In this document: positions 22,240 through 36,900 of the stretch, piece by piece | Position numbering within the stretch: the first letter of the stretch is position 1 | Layout of the letters: each line of letters begins with the position of its first letter | Assembly (NCBI RefSeq): GCF_036321535.1 | Contig: NC_087436.1 | Coordinates: 85,252,001-85,316,000, forward strand | Length of the DNA stretch: 64,000 bases | Origin: Camelus dromedarius | Taxonomy: Eukaryota | Direction of reading: 5' to 3' | Made by a program: the position numbers and the translations under genes | Notes under the pieces: model-generated | Seen by the model: the letters and a program-made list of their open reading frames with translations, nothing else | Database searches by the model: none | Told to the model about the DNA's origin: nothing

Positions 22240-25200
22240 TTAGGTGACAGGGTAGATCCACTTTAAGCCATTCTGCAGGAAGACTATTTTTAGTTTCCCT
22301 ACCCTCTTTGCCCCCAAGTACAGTTTTGCTTTTTAATAGAACCTGAATCCTGCAGATGTACAGATTTTTTAAAATTCCCTTTCAAATGATGGAACTCATT
22401 AACTCATAGGAAAAAGAGGCTTCCTGAGGTTAACAAGAACACGAATGATCTTATTAAACTCAGATGGAGGGTCAGTTAGGTATCTCTCATCTTGAGGTAA
22501 CTAGACTGGGCTCAAACTCAAAAACAGGGGGCCCCAGGGCCTGGCAGAGACAGCCCACATTGTGCTAACACAAGCCAAATCTGTGGAAGATGTTTAAATC
22601 TTGAGTAATGTTGTTGCAACAGCCATAGAACTGTTACACAAGATTTGCACAGTAAGACTCTTAGGGGTTACAAGAAATCTTAAAGGTCTTCTGATTCAGT
22701 GTTTCCTAAGTTGTGTTGACTTAAATTACTTTTATAATAACATGACAAATATTAACTCATAAACTATCAACTCCTGATGGGTATAGCTCTCAGACAAGCA
22801 TAGCACTTATTTTGAAATCAACATAGTAACAACTGAAATAAAACCACAAAGCCAATAAAAATTGAAATTAGTGATTAGCAATGTTAATTTAGTGTGAAAG
22901 ACGTTGTTTGCCACAATAAAATCACCTAATATGGCACAAGGGCTAACACAGGTTCTTTTGAGGTCTCTTTACCTACACTACTTGTCTCTGTTCAAATCAA
23001 CTCAAAACCTCTGACTCTGCAGGGTGCCTGGAGGTCATCGGGCCTTCCCTGGTGTTCGGTGCATCACAGCTATATTAAGTCTGCCTCTTTCTTGTCTTGT
23101 TAATCTGTGATGAAGTAAGAGGGCCTGGAGTCAAGAGGACTGCACAGAGTCTCAGGGACTCCTCTTCCAGTTGATCCAGAATATGCTTGTATCTGTCAGA
23201 ACTCGCAGCACCCCCAACCATGCCCACAACCCAGTCTCACAACACTGATCTAAGATGATCATTCCACAGCAACCCACTTAATTCTCCCTACTAGTGTTAC
23301 AAGTTCTATCGCTGGGGCTGTCCTCTCTGAGATGTCCTGTTATTCCCAATTCTGATCTCCGGACTCAAGAGCTTCGTTTCCTCCACAGTTCGTACATGAG
23401 CATCAATTCTGCCCCCTCGTCCCCATCCCCAGACCCCTGGCTTTTGGGTGCCTCTCTGGGTCTTCCTTAAGACATACTTCCTAGAACTGAGCTCAGGTCT
23501 GGTCTGAGTCAACAGAACAGAGTATTAGTAGCCCTTGCCCTGAGGGCTCCCATGGAAAGGGGAAGGGCCGGCTTCTGAGGAGAAATGTCTGGATCAGTTA
23601 CTTTACCTACTTCATATTAAACAAACATTTATTGAGCACTTACAATGTGCTAGGCAATGTTCTTGGGGCAGTGACTCAGCAGTGAGCAAACAGACCAGGT
23701 GCCTGCCTCAGTGAAGTTTACCTTTCAGCAGACCTCTAGCCCCATGCTGGAGAGGGGACAGAGTGCAGAGGGGAGGCCGTGCTGATGGGTGGTCATGGAT
23801 GACCCTCTGGAAGGGACACTTGGCTAGAATGAGTAACCCTTGGGAATTTCTGAGGAAAGAGTTTTCTAGGCAGAGGAAACCACCACCACAAGAGGCCCTG
23901 AGGAATAAAGGGCACCTGTGTGGAGAGGGCTAGGGCTCGAGGCAGGAGGGGCAGGCACTCTAGGGCCCTGTAAGGACACTGCTTTTATTAAGTGTGGTGG
24001 GGAGCCATCTGAACAGAGTGACTTGAAGTATAATTTATGTTTTAAAAATCCCTCTGGCTGATGGAAAAGTTCTGGAATGGATGGTGGTTGCACAACGACG
24101 TGAATGTACTTAAAGGCACTGAATTGTATACTCAAAAAGGGTTAAAGTTTTACCACTTTACCACATATACCACTGTTGTCATGTATATTTTATCACACAA
24201 AAAAACAGCATTGCTCATCCATTTCACTCTTCTTTAAGTTAAAAAAAAAATCCCTCTGGCAACTAGGTAAGAGAATAGACTAGTTGTGGGGAGACCAGTT
24301 AAGATTATTTCATCTTCCCAACAATCTTGTGAAGCTTACGTGGTTATCATCATGTGGCAGATAAGAAAATGAAGGCTCAAGGTTAAGTTACTTATTCAAG
24401 GTCACGCAGTAAGTGGCAGTGTTTGGCTCCAGACTCAGCCCTGATAACTCTGAAGTTAAATCGCACAGCTGTGCTCCTCTTCATTCAATCTAGACTCTGC
24501 TGAACCTGCTTTTCGGGCCCCACATTGTACCAATTTATATGACAAACCCTAAGTCAACCAAGTCACTGAAGTATGTTTGATATAAGCTGCTAAGCCACAT
24601 CTTGCGGGGCCCTACTTGTGCCATGGGGTTTTGACTGACAGGCAGATTATTTTTCTTATTCTTATTATCTTGCACATTCTATCTTTTGTTTTGCTCGCTG
24701 ACTTCCCGCTAGAATAAATACGTTCTACTCCTTATTCAAGGTTGTATCTCTTTTAAAAGACTCAGCTGTAGCCTCAAAAGCAGATCTAAAAACTTCACTT
24801 CCTTCTATTCCAGACACCCTCCCTCTCCCCCCTCCCTGGGGGACACTGTTTAATTGAAGTGAGCCCCTGGGAGCAAGGACAGGGTGACCCTTATGGTAAC
24901 AGAGGCCTGGGCACCCAGCAAGCACTCTTCTGATTTAACACACATTTTGTTGCTTATCATAAGCCAGGGACAGCTCCAGGCTCTGGGGATACAGTAACGA
25001 ACCCAACAGACAGCAATTCCTGCCCTCATGGAGCTTATACGCAGTTACACACAGAAGTAAATTTTATAGCATGTCAGTAGGTGGTAACTGCTACTGAGAA
25101 AACTAATGCTGGAAAGAGAAGAAGGAATGCTGGTGATGGTAATATCATACTTTCAAAAGGGATAGATAGGGTATTCCTTACTGAGGATATCTGAGCAGAA

Positions 25201-26275
25201 ATGAGGGCATAAACCAGCTGGCTATTTGGGAGAACAGCTTCCAGGCAGAAGGAACAGGCAGTGCAAAGGCCCTGAGGTGGGAGAAAGAATTAGCAGGGAA
25301 GCCCAGGAAACTGGACTGGAGCCACATGGGGGGCAAACTACAGGAGACAAAGTCAGTGAGGTGGTGGGGACCAGACTGTATAGGGTCTTTCACAATTCCT
25401 GTGAGTGAGCTGGAAACCACTGGATGGTTTTGAGCCAGGAGATATGATCTGACTTAATACATACATGCTAATTGCCAGAACTTGTCCCAGGACCAGTTAG
25501 GGGAGTTAGGAATTAACAAAGAAAGGCAGATAATGGTTACTGAGTTCTAAGTAGGTACCTAGCCCTGTGCTACGTGTTTTAATTTCATCACCACATATAT
25601 GACAAACAGGTGCTATTATGTTAACACTCTAGCCCACACCACCACCTCCTGCCTGGACCACCATAACAGCCTCTTATCCAGCCTTCTCCACCCACCCTTT
25701 CAAACATAAATCACAAATGCCATGCCCCCTTCCCCATTCTCAAGCCACTTTCCATACATTCAATAAAATCGAGTCTCCACCATGGTCTGTAAGGCCCTGG
25801 AGGGCCATCTGTCCTGGCCTCCTGAAATGAACTCACCTCCTGCCCTGCCCTTTCCTAATCTATCTTTCCAATGCTGTCACCCCACCCCCATCTTGCTCAT
25901 GATCAAGTAACCATGCTGGATTTCCTCTGAAGCACTTATTATCAACTGAAATTATATTGCATGTTTTACAGGTTTGTTTACATACTTACTGTCTGATAAA
26001 AATAAAAGCTCCAAGGAACCTGGAAAAGCTCCTGGCCCACAGTAAGCACTCTACAAACACTGGTTAAACAAATGAACTAAAGGGAAGGTAATTCATCCAA
26101 AGTTACTCTCAGAGAAAGCAGAATGTTAATCAACAAAGCAAGTAAGCCCCCACATCTCTCTTTTTTGATTCATTCAAAACACTGATCAAAGACTTTATTA
26201 TCTGTCAGGCACTGAGCCAGGGACATGGCAACAAACAAGACAAATGTAAATGTATCGCAAGTTTACGGTCTCGAG

Positions 26276-26730
26276 CAGGGTCTCATAATATTTTCCTTCC
26301 GTAGACCCCTTTGGCAGTCTGGTGAAGGCTACAGGCTCCTTCCCAAGCATAAAATACATAGGGATTACAAAGAAACCCAATTATATTGAAATATAGGTAA
26401 CACAACCACTAAGGAACATTTGTGCTATAGTAACATATGTGCTTCTTAATGTATTAAGTAACAAGATCTAATGGAGACTACTACTATAGTATTCTTATAC
26501 TGACGAAAATAATGTTTTGAGATCTCTTCAGTGTTTTTAATATATTAAAAAAATTATCACAAAATTGCAGGTACTGCTAATTCTTCTATGGTTTGTTGAT
26601 TACATTCATCATTAAGGAAATGCTGAATTTCAGTTAGAGGTTAGTGAAATAAAGATGTACTTTTTTCCACTCCAATTTGCCTGGAATTCTATGCGCAGAT
26701 CCCCTGGACTGCTGGTTAGGACCCCTGAAC
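26276..26730. mobile_element. MER119-like hAT-Charlie element
   Basis: cagggtctc...gacccctttggcagtctggtgaag...ggttaggacccctg, with CAGGG/CCCTG terminal inverted repeats. Confidence 0.7.
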
Positions 26731-28239
26731 CCCATTAGGGAAAGTCTGGACAGTTCTCTTTGTTCTAGAGCTCAATTCAATTGCAGTATTTCAATAACAT
26801 TTTGAAATATTAGAAACAGAAGAAATACTTCCATATGCGCTATACAAGTTAAGAGTATTGTGCTTCATGTTCGAAGTCATGTATCTATTCAGACTTTCTG
26901 GGAAATCAAAACTCTAGGAACCAAAAGGAAAACAAGAAAAGCAACTATCACCTTAATTTAAAAAAAAACCTACTGGACAGGGATAATGGAATCAAACATT
27001 GCACAAACTAATTTAAGGTTTAATTCTTGCCCCTTCAGGAGAAAAAGAAAATCTCAAACAAAATCACCTACGCTCTTGGGTGCAGAAATGTGACTTACAG
27101 CTTCCTATTTCTAAGTGTAAAAATTATAGGCTTATTTTCACCTTGAAGAGTCCTACTGAATTTTGAACAAGGAAAAATATTTAAATATAGCATCTAGACA
27201 CTTTTGCCTTTCATTATTGGCCTGGATTTGCTGTACCTTCTCTAGCATGAAATGAAGTTTCAGTTTAAATTTAGAAAAAAGCCAAACAAAACCCCACAGA
27301 AGGATCCATTCTAGAATTCTGGAAGAATAAAACGATGTAAATTATTTCATAATACAGTAAAAATTACACGAAGCCCAAAGATCACCAACTTTGTAGTAAC
27401 GAATAAGGTACAAAATCTGTTTCTAGTCTGTCATTATATGAGTAGTAACAGGCAGAGTGCAGGGAATGATTTGAAATGTGCCCTTTAATCCAGAAGCACT
27501 AGTACCTTTTTTAAAACTCAGAAAATAAATGTCAGAATTCACACTCTCAAATGCAATAATCTTTTTCTTCACTTCATAACATTAAAAACAATGACAATCT
27601 AGGAACACCCCCTGCTATGACGTAGAAAAGTACTTACTGCAATCAAAACCTGATTAAAAATATGATGACAGGAAATTTTCATTTAAAAAGAGCCTCTAAG
27701 AAATAGGACGTTTAACCATTCTGTTTGAATAGCCTACCCTCTCCCATGGCCGCATTCCCTTTACCCTAGGTCTCCCTTCTCAGGGTTAACACCTGGTGAA
27801 TCTTCCTCCAACAGTCAAAAGTGGGAAGCCACGTTCCAGCAGCCAAGTTACCCTTAGCCCCTTTCTTGTCTGCGGATCTGGGGGGCTGCCTCTGAGTGGT
27901 TTAAGCGATAACCAAGATGTTTTCATACATCGGAAACCCTATCACATTCCTCCAGACTCCTTCCTAAGTGCCAATTGAGGATGTATCGCCAAGAAAAGCC
28001 ACTGGTATATTCCTACCATCTAGAAGTCTCTGGCTGACTCTTCCCGGCTATGTTCTGAATTCAAAGTAAAAAACAAAAACTATAACACGACTCACAATTT
28101 CTGAAAGAATTCTACTTAAGCCATAATGATTTAATCTTTCGCTGAGCTTAGTTATGGTATCTGTTCAAAGTCAAACGGTGCTTAGGGACCAGTCTTGCCT
28201 AAAATATGCCATCTCCGGGCACCTGCCGAGGTGCGGGTT

Positions 28240-29235
28240 AGGAGGGTCAGTGCGGCCAAGGAGGTGGCGCCAGTTGGAGACCAGGGTCTCGCCCTCCATC
28301 CAGACTGCGAGGGTCGGAGAGACAAACAGGGGGCATAGAGGCGTGAACCGAGGGCCTGCTTTCATTTCTAGCGAGTTCCGGCGACCTCAGGTTAGATTTG
28401 AGTCCCTAGAGTGCAGGGGAGGAGAAAGAGAGAATATGGGGACAAAAGAGACTTTAACTTGCCGCCTGGTGACCAGGCCTAAATCTGGAAGCACTGCCAT
28501 TCCCCCCGAAGTTAAGGCTACGTGCGTCCACAAGTGCACGTTCCTGTGCCCTCGAGGATGCGTGCGGCTCAGCTTCCTCCGTGTGGGCGGACACTCCGGG
28601 GATTCCGCCCCCGGGGCTACGCAGCGGACAAGGCAGTGCCGGCGGGCGGGCCTAGTTCGCGCCGGTCGGGGAACCGGTGCGGGCCTCCCCGGCTGGTCCG
28701 CGCCGGGCCTGCGTCCGCCTCTGCTGCCCCCTGCCGGCTGCCCGAGCCGGGCGCCCCCGGCTCTCCGCCCTTTGGCAACGGGGCTCGCGCCCGGGGCGCG
28801 GTTACCTCTTGGGCACATCAAAGGCCTGGCAAGCGGCCGGGCGCGGCGGCCCCCCATGCTTGGTTTTTCCATAGCGGATCAGGTCCTGGAAGACCGCGCA
28901 GCCCGGGAGCAGGCTGGACGGCACGAGCTGCAGCAGTAGAGTCAGCAGGAAGGCGGCGGCCAGTGTGAACCACACGGCACGCAGCGGGTTCAGCGCCGAG
29001 AGCTCGGTCCCCACCCAGGGAGCCATGGCAGGCGCGCCCCGCGTCCGCGCTCCCGGGGCCCGGACCGCCCGCCGGCGGACAGTCGCCACTCGTGAGCAGC
29101 TCGCCGAGCTCAGCCAGGCGGGACGTCGGTGACGCAGCGCGGGGTGGGGACGCGCTCGGCCCCGCCCGGGCCCCGCCCCCTGGACCGAGGCTCCGCCCCG
29201 CCGGGCGCCTTCGCGCGTCCAGGTCACATTGGTGG
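28240..29235 (-). promoter_or_regulatory. SRD5A3: CpG island and promoter of SRD5A3
   Basis: Sharp GC/CpG-rich block spanning exon 1. GC boxes (CCCCGCCCCC at 29171-29180, CCGCCCCG at ~29193), CRE-like GACGTC/TGACGC at ~29122-29135, and CCAAT on the minus strand at 29228-29232. No TATA box seen. Confidence 0.9.
28806..29026 (-). CDS. SRD5A3: SRD5A3 coding exon 1 (221 nt)
   Basis: ATG at 29026 in strong Kozak context (GCCATGG). Translates [34 protein letters not shown]...[11 protein letters not shown]...AFDVPK(R). Donor AG|GTAAC at 28805. Confidence 0.97.
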
Positions 29236-30521
29236 TGGCTAGTGGCTCTCTGTAGTCTGTCAGAGGTGTCCAGAGGGAACCCCAGAATATAATTCAATAA
29301 TATGGTTCAAAGAAGCGGAACGAACAAGACAACTTGTCTGCACGTCTTCACTGCAGCATTATTTTCAATGGAAAAGTGGAAACAATCCAGAATGTTCCAC
29401 CTTAAGGTATTTAGCTAAATTATTGTACAATAACACACTGGAATATCATGAAGCCATTAAAATGATAATTATGAAGACTCTAGAAACACGGAAAGTTAAT
29501 GATAACTGAAACTATAGGTTAAGTGAAAAAAATGGCTATTAAATGTATAGCTATGATTGCAAACAACTATATTCATATGAATGTGTGTATATGGATAAAG
29601 TGGGTCATACACAAAAATGAGTAATTGTATTAGGATGTTGGGAATGTGTATAATTTAAACACATAAAGTAGAAAATCAGCAAAGCACTTGCAAATACAGA
29701 AATGAAGGTGGTAAAAACTGTCCTTTAAAAACTGCAGGCGTCTCCCTACTAGAGTTCCACTACTTAGAGGCAAAGTTTTTAACTGCATCATCGCTTCTTC
29801 TGACATTTACTTCCCTGTAGATACAGTGCTATTTTTCTTGACTCATCAGTTTTAAACAACGGTGATTTTCAGTTAGGACAAGTGAAAATTTAACTCTTTT
29901 CAGTAATATTTTTTGAAGCCTTGAAAATGTCAATTCAAAAAAATATTATTGTATGCCTGTTATGTGACAGGCATTGTTTTGGACACTGAGAACAGAGAGG
30001 CTTACAGGATAATCCCTCCCTTTCTGGAGCTTACATTTTTAAGTTTGAATGGCAGGTGTGGGGTGGTGGAAGGGAGCGCCAATCCTTACCCCAGTGAGAT
30101 ACCCTACATGTGTGTTGAATAAGCATCAAAGAACTGGGTGCGAAAGTTAATGTGGCTTGAACAGTCCTTTGGATTGTTAAATGTGCCAATTTCTTGAAGT
30201 TTTGCTTCTTTATGCAAGGACCTCAGGTTTTACGAATTACCTGAGAGCTACGTGCTGAAGGATGGTCATCTTGTTTTTCCAGCTGAAACAATGAGGTCTC
30301 TTTGTAATGACCCAGGGTCTCATTTGCAGGGGTCGCCCCCTTCATTGTTTCTTCACTGTGCTTAGGTTAACCCCGTAGAAATGCAGCTGGCCTTTCCATG
30401 ACATCTTTCCAGACGAGCTACCTGGAAGTGCATTGCAGGGACCAAGTTTCCTGGGTTGGAAGTTCTTTTGTAGTTACCTGACCTGGGTAAAGATTGCAAA
30501 ACAAGGTGTGTTTTTGTGTTT

Positions 30522-30523
<2 letters not shown>

Positions 30524-30559
<36 letters not shown>
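30524..30559. repeat. (GT)18 microsatellite
   Basis: Perfect dinucleotide run. Confidence 0.95.
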
Positions 30560-30563
<4 letters not shown>

Positions 30564-31094
30564 ATAGAAACAGGAAAGATAAACTTATCCCATTTTTTGG
30601 TTTGGATTTTAATCGGAGTGCACAGCTCATACTCAGCCAAGCCCCCTGCAGAGGTCAGTGGCTGAATAGGAAACCCCAAGTTGGATCCACTTGAGAGCAT
30701 TTGTTAATGTTTAAATCCTTACTAGACTGTGTTATTTCAAAAGTGCAAAACCAGGCTAAAATCTTTTAGAAACATCATTGTCAATAAGTAGCAATCAGTT
30801 TTTGTCTTCCTTCATTTAATTACCAGCACTGTATAATCAACCAACCTCTGGCCTGGCCTACAGTAAATGACAGTGCCATTTTTCTAAGTGTTCAGGCCCA
30901 AAACCTTGAACTCAACCTTGATTCCTCCCTTGCTCTCACAGCCCAAATACTATCTGTCAGCAAATCTGGTTGGCTCTACCTTCACACTGTGAAACTAAAT
31001 CCAGTCACCTTTGGAGTCTGTGTTTTCCTGAAGGCCCTAGCCAGCTCAGTAAATAAAAAGAAATGAGGTCTAAGGACTGCAAACTAAGAAACAA

Positions 31095-31770
31095 GCTGTC
31101 ATTACTTGAAGATAATATAAAACTCCAGTAGAGTCTACAGACAAGATATTAGAACTAATAGAGTTTGGTAAGGTTGCTGGATACAAAAACCAATTTCTAA
31201 ATATTGATCATTTCTATTTTCCAGTAACAAACAGAAAATAATGTTTTAAAGATACCATTTCAATGGCAATAAACTATTATGTATCTAGGATTAAATCTAA
31301 TAAAAGGTATGAAGTCTTCAAATAAAATAAAATGTTACTGATATTAAAGAAGGCTTTTTAAAACATTTTTTTATTGAGTTATAGTCATTTTACAATGTTG
31401 TGTCAAATTCCAGCGTAGAGCACAATTTTTCAAAGAAGACATTTTAAAGGAGAGATATACTAAGCTCACAGATTGGAAGTCTCAAGATAGTTAAAATGAC
31501 AAATCTCCCCAAGCTGATTTATGGAATAAATGTAATTCCAATCAAACCCCAGCTTTTCGTGGAACTTAAGAAGCTGATTCTAAAGTTTATATGGAGGTAG
31601 GAAGGGCTAAAGATGGCCAAGGCTCTCTTGAAGATAGAAAAGTTAGAGGACTTGCTTCATGAGATATCAAGGCTAGTACAGAGACGCAGTGGTATGTCCA
31701 TGTGGTGTGAAAGCAGAGATAGACAAATAGACAGTGGGGTATAACAGACAGTCCAGAGACAGAACCTCTA
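31095..31770 (+). mobile_element. Old L1 ORF2 fragment with a nested short young L1 3' end (~31362-31431, minus strand)
   Basis: L1 ORF2 text (ttagaactaatagagtttggtaaggttgctggatacaaaa). Nested ttttattgagttatagtc...gtagagcacaattttt flanked by aaagaag(g/a)c-like duplication. Confidence 0.7.
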
Positions 31771-33929
31771 CCCACTTCCCACACTCCCTTTATATTTCTG
31801 CATAGCCCTTGGCACCACATTCCATGCCATATACATTCATTTCTTAATTTAAGAAGCACACCCGTGCCTCCTGGAACACAAAGGTACTCAGTATATATCT
31901 ATGGAATGACTGAATGAATGCATGGATGAGTGAACAAATTTACTGAACCTCTACTGTGTATAAAGTTTCATACAATAAGCTATGGGGAGGGGTCCACCGG
32001 GCCGAGATCATAGGCTCCCTGAACACTGTATCAGAGAGAAAAGCCCAGGGGCTTCGGAGGCAGACACACTTGGGTTAGACTGACAGCTCTGCTACTTAAC
32101 AATCAGCTGAGTAACTTACGGTCGCCTCTAAGATAGAAGCCATCTCATGGGCTGCTGTGATGGTTGAGTGAAATTCTGTATGGAAAGCTCTGTGCACAGA
32201 ATAGGTCCTCAACAAGTGTTTGCAACTCTCTGCATTTTCTTCATCTGTACAGTGGGCATGAGACAGTCTTTCTGAAAGAGATCCAGTAAGATTGATCTAA
32301 ATGAAAGCACCTCACACACCACCTGTCACACAGATGTTCAGAAATGCTTATTTCATGTACATTTGAAAAATAACCACAACGAAGAAGAGAATAAGAGCTA
32401 AATGGGTGGACAGGTCATTTCTAACTGGGGTGGTCAGTGAAGGAAGTTAGATCTTGAAGAATGGTGAGAGTTCCTAGTAGATGAAGAGGAAAAAAGGGAA
32501 AGAGAACCTTTTAGACCAAGGAAGCAGCACCAGCAAGGTCCTATTTTGGTGATGATGGTGGTGGTGTTGCATCAAATCCCACTCTGTAGGAAGTTATCTT
32601 TGTTCACACTTTGCAAGCAGGTAGAGTGTTGACATCAGCTGCAGGCTTCTCTGATTTGATGCCGCTGCTTCTTTGTCTACGTGATTTGGCTTCCCTGGTT
32701 GAACAGAAGACCTAGGTGTACAGCATCCTATGTCTGCTGTCACCTTGATGTACAACACACTGCATCTGCTTATATTTGGGCCATGGCAGTGATTGAATTT
32801 TAAACAAAGGAGTAGCATGATTAGACTTTTCAGCTTATTCTGACAGCAGGGTGGAGAGTGAATGGGATCAGGGCCCGGGCAAGGCGAAAGGCAGGAGAGC
32901 AGGTAGAAGCTTCTGTGAAAGTTTGGTTGTGGCCTAAAGGAAAACTCTGGCAGTGGGGAGTGAGGAGTGAATGCTTCTGAGATGCGGATGCTTTGCTTCT
33001 TTTTCTTCCCAGCCTGAATTCATGCTCCGTTGGTGCTTTTTTTATACTTCCCACTCCACACACACACCCCAGTGCTCATTCCTGGTTTTCTCTTGCAGTA
33101 GTCTTGCAAACCCCCAACCCTGTGTGGACTCAACCACCCACTTTCTATCAGAGCTACAGAGCAGGATGGGTTCATGACCTGAATTCATGGGACACGCCAA
33201 GCCACCTGACGGTCCTTTCATTTGCTTTTTGTCAAATTCCGAGGCCATCATCCTGCGTTGGGTCTTCACAGTCTTCTCCATCCAAATCCCCTGGCACTTT
33301 GTCCTCTCACCTTTCACTCTCAGAAGGTGATCTGAATACCTGCTTCCCAGAAAAGATCGTTCATGGGGGCGCTCTATGCATCTATGGTTATATTGATGGC
33401 CACTCCTGTCTTTACCTCCTTTTGCCACTCAAGCCTGAGCCGGCGACTTTAATCTGACTGCTCCAGCCCTAATATAAATCCTGGCACAGCTGTTGGGCCT
33501 GCTCCTCCCCACCTAGCTCTCATCAGCATTCTGTCTGAGTCTTCAAGGTCCACTTTGTCTTTATTACCCCGTAACTGAGCCTGGGCCATGGCTTCCCCTT
33601 CATTCTCTTGGCCTGTTTGCTCTCAGCAGCTCTAGGTCGATGCCTTTTCTGCCCTAAGGTCCAGCTTTGTCTTATGCCTTCCATTCCATCCCCCATGTTG
33701 TGGGTTGGGTCCTACAAAGATTTATTATGTTGAAGTTATACCCCTCAGTACCTCAGAATGTAACCTTACTTGGAAATCATATTTATTCATGCAGTATGTT
33801 TTTCAAGCACAAGCACTTTTTGTTACCATATGCCCTAGTCCCCACCCAGTAAGATAATAATCTGCTTCTCCTCACCCTTCCATGCTCAACCTTGCTGATA
33901 AGACATGTCTTAGGGTTTTTTTTCCCTCT

Positions 33930-36900
33930 TAATTAATAGACTTAATTTTATTTTAGAGCGGTTTTAGGTTTATAGAAGAATGATCAGAAAGTGTAGACAG
34001 CTCTCATATACTTGTTTATTATCTTGCTAATGTCCATGGGCTCTGTTGAGATGTCCTCTCTTTGATTTCTGATATTACTAGTTTGTATTCTCTCTCTTCT
34101 TAGCCTGGCTAGAGGCTTATCAGTTTTATTAGTTTTTTCAAAGAACAAGCTTTTGATTTTGTTAATTTTCTCTATTGATTTCCTGTTTTCAATTTCAATG
34201 ATTTCTGCTCTAATTCTTATTATTTCTTTCCTTCTGCTTACTTTGGGCTTAATTTGCTGTTCTTTTTCTAGTTTTGTAAGGTGGAAACATAGATTATTGA
34301 TTTTAGATCTTTCCTTTTTTCGAATATATACATCCAATGCTATAAATTTCCTTCTATGCACTGGTTTTGCTGCTTCCCACAAATTTTGACAAGCTGTGTT
34401 TTCATTTTCACTTAGTGCAAAATATTTTAAAAGTTTCCTTGAGATTTCTTCTTTGGCCCATGTTTTATTTAGAAGTGTTTTGTTTAATATCCACGTATTT
34501 TGAAAATTTCCAGTTATCTTTTTGTTATTGATTTCTGGCTTAATTCTGCTGTGATCTGAGAGCAGACATTGTATGATTCCTAGTTAAAAAATTTGTTAAG
34601 GGGTGTCTTACACCCCAGAATGTGGTTTATTTTAGTGAATGTTCCATGTGAGCTTGAGAAAAATAAATAAATGTGATAAATGGAGAAACAGATCATTTTT
34701 CTCTTTTGGAAAATTCAGTGTTGTTAAGATGTTAATTTCTCTTCTATTGATCTAATTATTCAACATAGCTGCAGTTGAAATCCCAGCAAGAACTTTGTGG
34801 AAATTGGTAAGATGAATCTAAAATATATATGGAAAATAAAGGACCTTAAAAAAGCCCAAGAGAAAATTGAAAAAAGGAAAAGAGGGTTTAAGTGATCATA
34901 TTTCAAGACTTAATATAAAGCTATAATAATTAGAATTAGGTGTAGTATTGGTGTAAGGATACATAGATTTGTGAAATAAAAGTGATCCCATAATAGACCA
35001 ACATATATTGATTACTTGATTTATGATGAAGGTCCCTTGCAATACAGTGAAGAAAAAGGTCTTCTCAATAAACAGTGCTGGAGCAATTGGCCATCCACAT
35101 AAGAAAAATATATATTCTTGACCCTTACCTAATACCATATACAACATTTAATTCAAATAATTCATAGGTTTCTTCTTCAAGAGTGAAAGAGGAATAAAGA
35201 CTTTCTCAGACAAACAAAAATTGTGAGTATTTGTCAGCAGTAGACCTACCTGGCAAGATATGTTAAAAGAAATTCTTTAAAGAGAAGGAAAACAATGTAA
35301 GTCAGAAACTTGGATCTACATAAAGAAAGGAAGAGCATCAAAAAAAAAAAAAAAAAAAAAAAAAAAGAAAAGGATTAAGTGAAGTTAAGGTAAAAGTTTT
35401 TATCTTACAAAATTTAGTTATTCTAAGAGTTTGTAGCTACTTTAGGATTTTCTGTATTCGTGTCATCTGTGAATAAGGACCATTTTACTTCTTTCTTCCT
35501 CATCTGGATGGCTCTTATTTATTTTTATTGCCTTATGGAATGGGTGAAACCTCAAGTACAATGTTGGATAGAAGTGGTGAGAGGAAACATCATTGTCTTG
35601 TCGGAATTCTTGCCTCATTCCTGATTTTTAGGACAAAGCATTCAGTTTTTCACCATTAAATATGATATTATTCATAGGTTTTATATAAATACCTTTTGCT
35701 AGGTTGAAAACGTTCCCTTTATTTCAAGTTTTATTAGAATTTTTTAATCATGAAACGTTCTGAATATTATATAATTTTTAAGCACTTACTGGGATAATCA
35801 TGTATTTTTTTAAATTTACGGTTGACCCTTAACAACATGGGGGCATTAGGGATGCCAACCCTCTGTGAGGCTGAAAATCCATGTGTAATTTGTAATTGAT
35901 CCATCCATATCCAGCATTCCTCTGTATCTGCAGTTCCTCCATATTGGAGGAGTTAACCAATCACAGGTTGTTGAAAAAAATCTAAATGTAAGTGGACCCT
36001 GGCAGTTCAAATCCATGTTGTTCAAGGGTCAACTGTATTCTCTTAAGGTAATTAATTTCACTGATTTATGAAAAATATACCAACCTTACATTCTTGGGAT
36101 AAACCTCATTTGGTTATGATTTGGTATATTTTTATATGTTGTTGGGTTTGATTTGTTAATATTTTGATGAGGTTTTTTTTTAATGTCTTTTCTCATGAGG
36201 GATACTGGTCTATAAATTTCTTTTCTTGTAATGTCCGTATTAAGTTTTGGTATCAGTGCCCTGTTAGTTCATGAAACAAATTGGAAATTGTTCTTTCTTC
36301 CTCTTTTCTCTGAAAGAATTTGTATGGGAATGGTTTACTTTTTCATGAAATGTTAATAGAATTTACTGGTGATGCCATCTAGGCCTGGAGTTTTCTTTGG
36401 GACTAAGAGTTACGTTTACTTTTGTATCACTTTAGGAAAGTTGTGTTTTTCAGTAAATTTGTCTATTTCTCTTAAGTTGTATAGTTATTCAGAATAGTCA
36501 TATTTACTAATTATAATTATTTATAATAATCTTGTCTCCGTTTTAACATCAGTAGGGATCTATAGTGATGTTCTCTTTTTTTTCTAGTATTGATGATTTA
36601 TATTTTCTTTACCAGTCTTGGTAGAGTTTTATCACTTTTATTAATGTTTCCAAAGAGTTAAATATTGATTTGTTGATTTTCCCTATTTTATGTTTATCTT
36701 CTATTTCATTAATTTTTTTTGTTCTTATCTTCCCATGTTTCTCATTTCTTGAGTGTAACTACTATTTTTTTCTAGCTTCTTGAGATGAAACCTTAGATCA
36801 TTGATTTGAAATCTTTTTTCTCTAATGAGCATTTAAACTATCAAATTTCCTTCTAAACATTGCTTTATCTGCATCCCACAAATTTTGATACATTATTGTT

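Noticed and set aside
28154..28968. Long ORFs (261, 161 and 148 aa) across the CpG island
   Set aside because: Arg/Pro/Gly/Ala-rich frames expected from stop-poor GC-rich DNA. They overlap SRD5A3 exon 1/intron 1 and resemble no known protein.
29027..29227. In-frame open region upstream of the SRD5A3 ATG (possible N-terminal extension)
   Set aside because: It starts at GTG within promoter motifs. The ATG at 29026 has an optimal Kozak context and gives the expected 318-aa length.
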